From Planctomycetota bacterium (GTDB lineage: Bacteria; Planctomycetota; GCA-002687715; CAIWVZ01), in NCBI GenBank assembly GCA_044222185.1, contig JBGANV010000001.1, forward strand, positions 1,408,001 through 1,472,000: 64,000 nt of DNA. The letters are read 5' to 3'. A program made the position numbers and the translations under genes. Under the pieces are notes generated by a model. The model made no database searches. It was not told the DNA's origin and saw only the letters and a list, made by a program, of their open reading frames with translations. Numbering within the stretch: position 1 is the first letter of the stretch; every line of letters starts with the position of its first letter. Shown piece after piece: positions 39,740 to 51,800 of the stretch.

Positions 39740-40663
39740 ATGGTCGATCCGTCAGAGGATGAGATGACGCGCCAGCTCGAGGCCCTGCGGCGCCGGCGCC
39801 CCTCGAACGATCGAGGTTCCCCGCGATCCGACGGCTCGCGTCCCCCAGGGTTCCTCGAATCAGACGCCCGGGACGCCGACCGGCTCGCCGAAAGCCTGGC
39901 GGATGACCCGAGCCAGTTCGACGATCTACACATCGCCGACGCGCTGATGGAATCCGACGTCGACGCCGCCGCACCCGCGGCGGAGCGTGCGGCCATCGCA
40001 CGGCTCGCGTGGGACCGAGCCCGTGGCAACGCGACCGCGGCCAACACTCCGGATCGCGTGCGAAAGCCGCGCATCAGCCGACCGCTGACCTTCGCGTTGA
40101 CGGCGACCGCCGCTGCCGCGGCCATCCTGATCTCCGTCATGCTTCGCACCCCGAGCGGCGCCGTCTCCGACTGGATGCCGACGGACGTTTCGACCGAGAT
40201 CCTGCGAGACGCGAACCCCGGCAGCCCCGCCGCGAGCACGATCACGTTCCGCGTGGCGCTTTCGCTGGATCGGCCCGCGGCGGTCGTGGTCGTGGCGCTC
40301 ACGGGCGTCGATTTCCAGTACCGAGTGACGACGGTGTTCCCGCCGACCGGCGCGGCCGCCGACGTGTTCCATGCGCGCGGCTGGCCGCGAAATCCCCTGC
40401 CCGCAACGCACGGGAGCCCCGTCACGATCCCGCCTGGGGGCTCGGATGCGGCGCGGGTCATCAGCGTGGGCAGCGTGACGCTCCTCCTCATGACGACCAA
40501 CGACGAGCGTGCATTGCGAGATGACGAGATCGCATCGATCGTCGACACCGTCCGCGCCGCGGCGAAGGACGCGAGGTCAGACCAAGACGTGATCGACACG
40601 CTCATGCCCGCGTTGAAGGCACGAGGGCTGACGATCGAAGCCAAGCCGGTGCGCGTGCCCTGA
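39740..40663 (+). CDS. Putative single-pass anti-sigma factor with a DUF4384-like extracytoplasmic domain
   Basis: Charged cytoplasmic N-terminus, TM segment LTFALTATAAAAAILISVML, then FRVALSLDRPAAVVVVAL...VFP...VTIPP; starts 1 nt after the sigma stop codon. Confidence 0.6.
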   Translation: MVDPSEDEMTRQLEALRRRRPSNDRGSPRSDGSRPPGFLESDARDADRLAESLADDPSQFDDLHIADALMESDVDAAAPAAERAAIARLAWDRARGNATAANTPDRVRKPRISRPLTFALTATAAAAAILISVMLRTPSGAVSDWMPTDVSTEILRDANPGSPAASTITFRVALSLDRPAAVVVVALTGVDFQYRVTTVFPPTGAAADVFHARGWPRNPLPATHGSPVTIPPGGSDAARVISVGSVTLLLMTTNDERALRDDEIASIVDTVRAAAKDARSDQDVIDTLMPALKARGLTIEAKPVRVP

Positions 40664-40678
40664 GGGAACGCGCCAGGC

Positions 40679-42271
40679 TCATGCCCGGTAGCGAGCCTCC
40701 AATGCCGTCTTCCCCGCCTCGCGCTCGATCTTGTGATCGGGGTTCGCGCCCAGGTGCCGCAGCACCATGAAGACCGTCTCGGTGTCGTCCTTCACGCCAG
40801 CGGCCTGGGCGATCTCCTCGACGGTCATCCAGCCACCGGCCCGCACGCGGAGCGCCGACAGGACCTTGGACTGGATCGACAGCACGGCGGTCGCCGCCTT
40901 CTTCCCAGCCTCGACCCCGGGCTGGTGGTAGGCGTTGATGTTGACGAGGCTCGCGTACAGGCCGACGGTGCGCTCGTAGAGCGCGATCAGGGCACCCACC
41001 GAGAACGCCGTCACGTCGTTCATCGTCAGGGTAATCGATCCACGTCCGCCGTCGTGCAGCGCGCGGCGCGTCCCCTGGAGGAACGCCGAGAGGAAATCCC
41101 CGGACGTGACGCCCGGCTCGACCTCGAATGACGGCCCCGTCCGGTCGCGCAGAACCTCGATGAAGGTCACGAAGAAGTTGTTCACCCCGTCGCGCAGCTG
41201 CTGCACGTACGCGTGTTGATCCGTGGAGCCCTTGTTGCCGTAGACGGAGAGCCCCTGGTGGACGACGGCCCCGGTGAGGTCCTTCTCCTTTCCGAGGGAC
41301 TCCATCACGAGTTGCTGGAGGTAGCGGCTGAACAGCTCCAGCCGATCCTTGTACGGGAGGATCACCATGTCCTTCTTGCCGGCGCCACCCGCGGCGAAGT
41401 GCCAGCCGAGCGCCAGCAAGGCCGCCGGGTTCTTTCGCGTCTCAGCGACGCGCGTCGCCGCGTCCATCGCCTTCGCACCGTCGAGCATCCCCAGGATGTC
41501 CACGCCGTGGAGGGCTGCAGGCAGCAATCCCACCGCCGACATCTCGGACGTGCGCCCTCCGACCCAGTCCCACATGGGGAATCGATCGATCCAACCGTTC
41601 GTGGCGGCCAGTTTGTCGAGCTCGCTGCCCTCACCGGTCACGGCCACGGCGTGGCGCTCGAACTTCAGCCCGACGCCGCGGTAGGCGGTCGACATCTCGA
41701 GCATGCCGTTGCGGGTCTCCTTGGTTCCGCCTGACTTCGAGATGACCACGGTCAGGGTCGCCGGCAGGCCGCCGCTGGTCGCGGCGAGGCGTCCGAGCAC
41801 CAGATCGATGCCGGACGGATCCGTGTTGTCGATGCAGAAGATCCGCATGGGATCCTTGGGCCCGCCCAGGGCTGCGGAGACGAACATGGGACCGAGCGCC
41901 GACCCGCCGATCCCCACGACGACGACGTTCTCGAAGCGCGCCGCGCGCTCGGGTCGGATCGCCGCCGTCCGGACCTTGCTCGTGAATTCCAGGATCCGCG
42001 TCACGGTCGTGGCGATCACGTGACGGATCGCGGGATCGGGAGCGCGAGCGGCATCGCGAAGCCAGTAGTGGCCGACCATCCGTTTCTCATCAGGGTTGGC
42101 GATGGCACCGCCCTCGAGTGCCGCCATGGCACTGAACGCCCGCTGCATGCGCGGCTCCATCTCGCTGACGAACTCCGGTCCCATGCCGAGCCCGCTCATG
42201 TCGAGCGAGAAGCCCAGCTCCCCCAGATCGAGGAACCACTCACGAAACGAATCCCAACCCGATCGGCTCAT
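40679..42271 (-). CDS. pgi: Glucose-6-phosphate isomerase
   Basis: [57 protein letters not shown]. Confidence 0.97.
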   Translation of the reverse strand: MSRSGWDSFREWFLDLGELGFSLDMSGLGMGPEFVSEMEPRMQRAFSAMAALEGGAIANPDEKRMVGHYWLRDAARAPDPAIRHVIATTVTRILEFTSKVRTAAIRPERAARFENVVVVGIGGSALGPMFVSAALGGPKDPMRIFCIDNTDPSGIDLVLGRLAATSGGLPATLTVVISKSGGTKETRNGMLEMSTAYRGVGLKFERHAVAVTGEGSELDKLAATNGWIDRFPMWDWVGGRTSEMSAVGLLPAALHGVDILGMLDGAKAMDAATRVAETRKNPAALLALGWHFAAGGAGKKDMVILPYKDRLELFSRYLQQLVMESLGKEKDLTGAVVHQGLSVYGNKGSTDQHAYVQQLRDGVNNFFVTFIEVLRDRTGPSFEVEPGVTSGDFLSAFLQGTRRALHDGGRGSITLTMNDVTAFSVGALIALYERTVGLYASLVNINAYHQPGVEAGKKAATAVLSIQSKVLSALRVRAGGWMTVEEIAQAAGVKDDTETVFMVLRHLGANPDHKIEREAGKTALEARYRA

Positions 42272-42363
42272 GGCGCGCTCAACCCTTTCCAACGAACCAA
42301 CGTCATCGGCGCAGATGGTATCGAGTTTGCCGCGGGACAAAGGGCGTCGCGCCGCGCCGTCTG

Positions 42364-43584
42364 GTGATCGCGCGACGCCTGCTACCGTGCCCGCCTACCG
42401 TGGGAACGACGTTCTGGGCATTGATCGCCGCCGTCTTCGTCAATCGAATCGGAACGATGGTCGTTCCGTTCCTGTCGCTCTTCTTCATGAAGGAGCGTGG
42501 GATGACGGAGGTGGACGCCGCCACGCTCCTCGCCTGGTACGGCGTGGGGATGATCGGCGGGTCGCCGGCAGGCGGAATCCTCGCTGACCACATCGGCCGC
42601 AAACCCACGCTGATGTTCAGCCTGATCCTCAGCGGCCTGGCCATGCTCGGCACTCTGTACGCGCCACCGGGCCTGGCCCTGGTCGCTGCCGTCATGGCCG
42701 TCGGGTTCTCCGGCGAAGCGCTCCGCCCAGCCGCCACGGCGTCCATCGCGGACATCCTCCCGGATCACGCACGAGCGCGCGGGTTCGCCGTCTACCGCGT
42801 GGCGATCAACCTTGGTTTCGGGGTCGCCTGTCTCCTGGGCGGCGAGCTGTCGAAGGTGTCGTTCCCCTCGATCTTCTGGGTGGACGCGGGGACCGGTTTC
42901 GCGGCCGCGATCACCACGTTCATCTTCGTGACGGAGACCCGGCCCGCGCGGCTGCCGCATCACCCGACGACGGGACCGGACGAGCAGGGCCCCGTGGGCC
43001 GGTTCGCCGTGTTCTGCCTGCTGACGCTCGTCGCGTACTGCACCGCGGCCCAGCTCACGACGAACCTGCCGATCTCCCTGATGCACCGCGGCCTGCCGGA
43101 GTCGACCTACCTTCGCATCCTGTCCATCAACGGGCTGAGCGTCGTCCTGTTCCAACTCCCCGTGAACCGGGTGTCGACGCGGTTGCGGATCACGACGGGC
43201 CTCGCCCTCGGCGCGCTCTGCTATGGCCTCGGCTACGGCCTCGGCGCACTCCCTGCGTCGGCGTGGAGCGCCGCCGCAACGATCTGGGTCGCAACCATCG
43301 GAGAGATGATCTTCGTGCCACTCGGCGCGACCTACACGGCGCGGCTCGCGCCCGAGGCGCAGCGTGGCCGCTGGATGGGCGTCTTCTCCATGTGCTACGG
43401 CCTCGCTCGCACCATCACTCCGCCGCTCGGCGCCGCGCTCATGGGACGGCTGGGGCACCAGGACTTCTGGCTCCTTTCGCCCGTCGTCGGTCTCGTCGCA
43501 GCAATCGGCTTCCTCGGCCTGGGCCGGAGCGAGCCCAGTCACGAGCGCACGGACCCGCTTATGCCCGCCCCGGCCGACGCGTAG
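42364..43584 (+). CDS. MFS transporter (MdtH-like)
   Basis: [11 protein letters not shown] motif [13 protein letters not shown], about 12 TM segments. Confidence 0.85.
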   Translation: MIARRLLPCPPTVGTTFWALIAAVFVNRIGTMVVPFLSLFFMKERGMTEVDAATLLAWYGVGMIGGSPAGGILADHIGRKPTLMFSLILSGLAMLGTLYAPPGLALVAAVMAVGFSGEALRPAATASIADILPDHARARGFAVYRVAINLGFGVACLLGGELSKVSFPSIFWVDAGTGFAAAITTFIFVTETRPARLPHHPTTGPDEQGPVGRFAVFCLLTLVAYCTAAQLTTNLPISLMHRGLPESTYLRILSINGLSVVLFQLPVNRVSTRLRITTGLALGALCYGLGYGLGALPASAWSAAATIWVATIGEMIFVPLGATYTARLAPEAQRGRWMGVFSMCYGLARTITPPLGAALMGRLGHQDFWLLSPVVGLVAAIGFLGLGRSEPSHERTDPLMPAPADA

Positions 43585-43613
43585 GATCGCCGATCTTCGA
43601 CCCGGAGCGCCCC

Positions 43614-45154
43614 GTGCAGCCACCATCAGTCGTTCTTGACGGAGCCGGACTCACTCTCGCGCAGGCCTGCGCCATCGCCCGGTGCGGTGGCGCGCGCGTG
43701 ACCGTCTCCGCAGAGGCGCGCCGTCGCGTGGCGACCGCGCGAGCGCTCGTCGAGCGGATCGTCGCCGAGGATCGGGTCGTTTACGGGATCAGCACGGGGT
43801 TCGGCAAGCTCGCCAACCAGAGGATCGACCACGACCATCTCCGAGAGCTGCAGCTGAACCTCATCGTTTCGCATGCAGTCGGTGTCGGAGCCGAGGCTCC
43901 GGCCGACGTCGTTCGGATGATGATGCTGCTCCGCCTGAACGCCCTCCTCCATGGGAACTCGGGCGTGCGCGAGGAGACTGCGGACCTCCTGCTCGGCATG
44001 CTTCAGAAGGACGTGCTCCCGGTCATCCCCGAGCAGGGATCCGTCGGCGCATCCGGGGACCTGGCGCCGCTCGCGCATCTGGCGCTCGTCCTCATCGGCC
44101 AGGGCGAGGCGCGCGTCGGCGGCGAAAAGCTGCCGGCCGCGGTCGCGCTGCAGCGGGTCGGACTGAAGCCCATCGTCCTCGAAGCGAAGGAAGGGCTGGC
44201 CCTCATCAACGGGACGCCATTCACGGCTTCCGTCGGCGCCCTCGCCTTGGCGCGCGCCCGCGAGCTCAGCGTCGTCGCGGACCTCGCCTGCGCACTCACG
44301 CTCGAGGGGCTCCAGGGAAGCGTCAAGCCATTCGATGGGCGCATCGCCGCGCTGCGTCCCCACCCCGGCCACGCCGCCACGTCCGAGATCGTGCGCCGGC
44401 TGATGGCCGACAGCGAGATCAACGACGCGCATGCGAACTGCTCCCGCGTTCAGGACCAATACAGCGTCCGCTGTGTCCCGCAGGTTCACGGCGCCGTCCG
44501 CGATGCACTCACTCACGTCCGGACCGTGTTCGAACGGGAGCTCTGTTCGGTGACCGACAACCCGCTCCTGTTCCCAGCCGAGGGGGACGTCCTGTCCGGC
44601 GGAAACTTCCACGCCGAGCCCCTCGCCATTCCGCTCGACTACGCCACGATCGCCGCTTCCGAGCTCGCGAGCATCTCGGAGCGACGCATCGAGACGCTCG
44701 TGAACCCGGACCTCTCGGGACTTCCCGCGTTCCTCGCCGGCGGAAAGCCTGGATTGAACTCGGGCCTCATGATCCTGCAGGTCACCGCCGCGGCCCTCGT
44801 GTCGGAGAACAAGTCCCTCGCCCATCCAGCGAGCGTCGACTCGATCCCCACGTCGGCGAACAAGGAAGATCACGTGAGCATGGGCCCCATCGCCGCGCGA
44901 CACCTTCGCGGCGTGTGCGAGAACGTGGCGTGGGTGCTGGCCGTCGAACTGGTGGCCGCGCGGTTTGCGCTCCACTTCGTCGGCATGCGGGCCGGTCGCG
45001 GTGTCCAGGCCGCCTATGAAACGCTCTGTCGAGTGATCCCGCCCCCGGGTGACGACCGCCTCTTCCGCAAGGACATGGACGCCGCTCGTTCCCTCATCGA
45101 TTCCGGCGAACTCGTCGCCGCCGCCGAAGCCGTCGTTGGAGCTCTGCCCAGACC

Positions 45155-45158
<4 letters not shown>
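43614..45158 (+). CDS. hutH: Histidine ammonia-lyase
   Basis: [12 protein letters not shown]-forming [46 protein letters not shown] start inferred. Confidence 0.96.
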
Positions 45159-46816
<1,658 letters not shown>

Positions 46817-46989
46817 GCACGAAACCGCCTTCGCTCGACGTCTTCCGGAACCGCGCGAGCGGGTTCGACATCCTGCATTCGCGTCTGAAACCTGCCGATA
46901 GGTCCTCTGGTTTCAGCGTGACGAGGGTCGCATCCAGCGCGGGGTCAACGGACCCCGCCATCTCGCGCACCTTCGGTCGGGAGATCTGA

Positions 46990-48288
46990 ATGGCCACGAG
47001 AGAAGTTCCGACGGGGCCGACGAGCCGCCCAGGGCGGGTCGTTCGAGGGTGTGAAGTCGCCCTCATGCTCGTGCTCACGGGCAGCGTGGCGTGGATGGTC
47101 GATCGCGATCATCGACGCGAGATCGAGCGCGCCGAGTTGAAGCGCAAGACCGACGATGCCGCGGCGCAGCTGGTCCGCTTCGAGCGCCGGGCGGCGGACG
47201 ACATCCAACTCGCCGGGTCGCGCGCCGAACGCGCCGAGCAGTCCGCGAATCTCGCACGAACCACGCTGGCTTCCATGCATGAGAGCCTGGCCGCGCAGGG
47301 CGAGTGCATCGAATCGCATGACCGCGCCCTGACCGAGCTCTCCGTTCGCCAGGACTCCCGTTTCGCCGAATCGGCGGCGGATCTCCGCACCCGCATCGAG
47401 GCGTTGAACGCGCGGCTCGACAAGGAGCCCGAGGCGCCCATCTCCGTCGAGCAGCGATTCCGCGCCATCCAGCGTCAGTCGGATCCGTCCGTGTTCCTCG
47501 TCTATTGCTCGTTCACCTACGAGACGAAGGACATGGACAACGACTGGACGGAGCATTCGGCGACGACGTGGGGCACGGCCTTCGCGGTCAGCGACGATGG
47601 TCACCTCGCCACCAACAAGCACCTCGTGCAGCCGTGGAAGTTCGATGCCGAACTCCGCGCTCTCGAGGCGATTGGCGAGGTTCGCATCCACGAGGACTCG
47701 GCCAAGATGGCCGCGTGGCGCGTGGGTGACGTGTGCGTCGATGCGAAGAAGCAGGCGGTGTTCACCAACGGCTGGTCGACTGCGGCGGGCACCATGTTCC
47801 TCGCCGGCACGGCCGACGACGTCTTCGTGACGAAGAACGTGGAGCTCGGCGGCAAGGGCTCGGACTACACGGTTCACGCGCTCGACAATCACGATCTCGC
47901 CCTCCTCGTCATTCCGAGTGCCAAGGTGAGCCCGCTCGCGCTCGCGTCGGCAGAGGAAGAGGCGCACCTCGGCAAACTCGACTCCGTCATGGCGATAGGC
48001 TTTCCGCGCGGTAGCGGCGGCCTCGAGTCGACGGTCGCCGAATCGTCCGCGTCGATGGGACAGATCCGCAAGATCGAGGACACCATCCACATCACCGCCC
48101 CGATCGTCGCCGGCAACTCCGGCGGCCCCGTGTTCGACGAGCAGGGCCACGTCGTCGGCGTCGCCACGCGGATCTACTCGGAGACGCTCGGCATCTGCAT
48201 CAAGGCCGGCCACGTCCGCGAGTTGCTCGATCGCACCCGCCTCGCCCAGCGCCTCGCGATCGCCGCGAGCGTGACGGGGATTCGGTGA
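46990..48288 (+). CDS. Membrane-anchored trypsin-like (S1C) serine protease with coiled-coil stalk
   Basis: TM segment and coiled coil; catalytic triad motifs TNKH, HDLALL and GNSGGP; no PDZ domain evident. Confidence 0.85.
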   Translation: MATREVPTGPTSRPGRVVRGCEVALMLVLTGSVAWMVDRDHRREIERAELKRKTDDAAAQLVRFERRAADDIQLAGSRAERAEQSANLARTTLASMHESLAAQGECIESHDRALTELSVRQDSRFAESAADLRTRIEALNARLDKEPEAPISVEQRFRAIQRQSDPSVFLVYCSFTYETKDMDNDWTEHSATTWGTAFAVSDDGHLATNKHLVQPWKFDAELRALEAIGEVRIHEDSAKMAAWRVGDVCVDAKKQAVFTNGWSTAAGTMFLAGTADDVFVTKNVELGGKGSDYTVHALDNHDLALLVIPSAKVSPLALASAEEEAHLGKLDSVMAIGFPRGSGGLESTVAESSASMGQIRKIEDTIHITAPIVAGNSGGPVFDEQGHVVGVATRIYSETLGICIKAGHVRELLDRTRLAQRLAIAASVTGIR

Positions 48289-48810
48289 GGGGGTCGCTCG
48301 GGAGCGCTGACCTGAAGCTTGGGCCGTGGGCGCCTAGGCGCTCGACCGCGGGGCTCCATCGGCGGCTCCGTCGGGCGGTTCAGAGCTCATAGCCATCGGC
48401 GAAGACAGGCTGCGGAAAGTCGCGTGCAGTCGCCCGCAGCCACCGCGGCGCGACGATCTCTCGCCCGGGCTCTCTCGTGTTCCATGACGCGCCCGTCTCG
48501 GCGGCGCGGAACTGCGTCCAGGTCTTCGCACTCAGCTGTGCGCGACGCGCGACGCACTCGGGTCCTTCGTCTCGTGCTGCGACGCTGACCGAGCATGTGC
48601 CGTCTGGAGGCCAACCCCTGCGATCCTGAGCCGCCAGCGCGGAGGCTCCGTACCTGATCACCACGCCCCGGCTTCATCGAACTCGATGCGATTCCAGCCT
48701 CCCCCGTAGCGATGTCAGGACGTCAGCAATATGCTCGTCGATCCTGGGCCCGAGCGGTTCGGAGGCAGGCAACGCAGCATCCCTAATCCCGGCTTCAACG
48801 AGGAGCATCG

Positions 48811-51800
48811 ATGGTCAGCTACCGACCCATAGTTCGTGAAATGAGCGGTCTCGGACGGGCGGCGCGGATGCAAGTCGTGTCATGCCGAGCGCTCGCTGCG
48901 GCGTTGACTCTCATCGGGTCGCTTGCAAATCCCGGATCGGGTCAGACGGTGTGGAACGGGAGCGCGGATCCGAATTGGAACAACTCGGCCAACTGGAGCA
49001 CAACCGTCGTTCCTCGAGCTTCGACCAACGTCGTCATCCCGCCTGGAACGCCGAATCAGCCATCGATCTACACGTCGAATCCACTTTGCAACAACCTGAC
49101 GATCAGCAACGGAGCCGTGATGGTCGTTGCGCCGGGATTCCCACTGCTCGTGAATGCAGCGCTGACGGTCAACACCGGGGGCGCACTGGACAGCAACGAT
49201 TCGGTGACCGCAGGATCTGTAGTTCTCTCCGGGACCGGCACGTGGAACATCCGGAGCCTGGCCCACACGGTGGTGGGCAGTTGGAGCTCCAGTGCTGGAA
49301 GCGTGATCGGTAACGGGACGATCCAGTTCACGGGGAACGGTTCACTGCTCACCGGCGCCGGGTCGATTCCGAACGTCGTGATCACGGCCGGGACACGGTC
49401 CGTTCCGAACAACGGCGGAATTCAATCGGTCGTGTCGACGATCGCCGGCAATCTCACCGTCTCGGGCGGATCACTCGCGATCACGACCGGAACAGCCACG
49501 TACTTCGGTCAGAGCCAACTCACCGTCGGCGGCAACGCAACATTCACCGGCGGTGGCCTGGCCATGACATCCACGAACACATCGGCCGAGGTTCAGACGC
49601 TTCAGGTCGGGGGCAACTTCTCCTGGACCGGAACCCCGACGCTGACCATGAGCAGCACGGCGACCATCCGTTGCCTCGGGAGCTCCTGGTGCACGGGCTC
49701 GTCGTTCAACCCGACGTCGGGCACCGTTGCCCTTGGAATCTCCACGGCGGCTTCGGCGATCGCCGTGTGTGGCGGGTGCTCGTTCCCGAACCTGACGATC
49801 GCAGGGAACACCGTCGCGACCCTCGCCGGGGGCGCGACCGTCAGCGGATCGCTCAACGTGGGTGCGGGCGCGTCCCTCGTGACGACGACGTCCTCCATCG
49901 TGGTCGGAGGTTCTGTGTCGTTGATCGGCACGGGTACCTGGGACGTCGGAACACTGACTCATTCCGTCGCTGGGAACTGGAGCTCCGGTTCTGGAAGCGT
50001 GATCGGCAACGGGACGATCCAGTTCACGGGGAACGGTTCACTGCTCACCGGCGCCGGGTCGATCCCGAACGTCGTGATCACGGATGGAACACGGTCCGTT
50101 CCGAACGACGGCGGAACGCAATCGATCGTGTCGACGATCGCCGGCAATCTCACCGTCTCGGGCGGATCACTCGCGATCACGACCGGAACAGCCACGTACT
50201 TCGGTCAGAGCCAGCTCACCGTCGGCGGCAACGCAACCTTCACCGGCGGTGGCCTGGCCATGACATCCACCAACACATCGGCCCAGCTTCAGACGTTCCA
50301 GGTCGGGGGCAACTTCTCCTGGACCGGAACCCCGACGCTGACCATGAGCAGCGCGGCGACGATCCGATGTGAAGGAACGAACTGGAGTTCGTCCTCGACG
50401 TTCGTCTCGAACTCTGGCCTTGTGAAATTCGACGGGACTACCTTCCAGACGGTCGATGCGTCGTCGCTTCCAAACGTCACAGTCACGTCGACTTCCGCTA
50501 CGAGTCTCGTCGGAACCTCGGTCATCCAGGGGGCCGTGACGGTCAACGGGATTCTCGTGGCGATGAACGACCTCGAGATCAACAGTGGCGTCTCCGTCGC
50601 TGCCGCGGCGGCAATGTTGCTCACGGTCGGCAACTACCGTCTGTCGGGGCCACTCACTCTCAGCGGCAAATTCCAATCCGACTCCCCCATCACGATCGAC
50701 GGCACGTCGACGATCAGTCTCGGCGCGGGCGCTTCCCTGCCCGAACTGGTCGTGGCAGCGCCCCCGAGCCAGACGGTCGCATTCGCCGGCAATTCGGTCC
50801 CGATTGTCGGCAACCTAACGCTGCAGTCGGGATCAATGACCATCGCCGCGAACTGCGCCGTCTCCGTGGCTGGGGCGGCCCAGTTCTCCGGTGGCTCGCT
50901 GGCAGGCCCGGCGACGGCGATCCTCGATGTTGCGTCCCACGTCACGTTCTCCGGAACGACCTGCACGTCGCCACCAACGATCCGCTGTGGCGGGGACTGG
51001 ACGGCGGACGCGGGCTTCGCTCCCACATCCGGCGCCGTTGAACTCGATGGGACCTCCCCATCACTCATCACGGCGACGAGCCCGGGGTCGATCGCCAGAT
51101 TCAACAGCCTGGTCATGAAGAACGGCGTGCGGTCGAGCGGTGCATCATCGCTCACCGTCGATGCGGCGACCGTCGTCGTCCAAGGGGGTGCGTCGTTTGC
51201 GGCCGGCTCACACCAGGTCTCGATCGCCCGTGCAACGGCGACGACGATGACAGTCAACGGGACCCTGTCCGTCGGTGCGGGCGGGGAGCTTCGACTCGGC
51301 CCCCTCACGACGCTGACGATTGCCGGGCCTCCGTCCGTTTCAGGGACACTTTCGTTGATCGGCAGTCCGTCGGCCCCCGCCGTCGTCCGAGCGGCGGGCG
51401 CAGGGGGATATGGCCTGACGATCAGCGGAACGGTCGCCGCCCGCAACTACGTTTTCCAGGAGATGGGCGCGGCAGGGATTCGCATCACCGCGAGCGCAAC
51501 GATGGCACCTCCACCAAACGACTTGCGTGGTGGGCTCTTCACGCTGCCCACCGCCGGGGCGAACTCCGTCATGCTCGAGGTGGTCCAGGCAGGACCGCGT
51601 CAGCTCCGCTACTTGAACTTCGAGAACCCCAACTCTGTCGCCGCCGGGAACGTCCGTGTGCCGGCAACCGCCCCGGCTCTATTCACACTCTCGATGGTGA
51701 ATTGGGGCGGTTCCCACGGAGGGCAAGCTCAAGAGATCGACCCACTCAACCGCATCAATTGGGGGCCTCCCGAGGTAACGATGGTCGGCAGTCTCAGTGC

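Noticed and set aside
36053-40663. Type III-E CRISPR Craspase locus
   Set aside because: No cas7-11 or other cas genes and no repeat-spacer array in the window; the CHAT protein appears to be exported.
48289-48810. Small ORFs or ncRNA in the long intergenic gap
   Set aside because: The ORFs lack SD sequences or motifs, and I could not recognise a tRNA, riboswitch or att-like direct repeat matching the other island end.
49282-50369. Diversity-generating retroelement TR/VR pair
   Set aside because: Both copies are in-frame within one gene, the differences are not obviously adenine-specific, and no reverse transcriptase is present.
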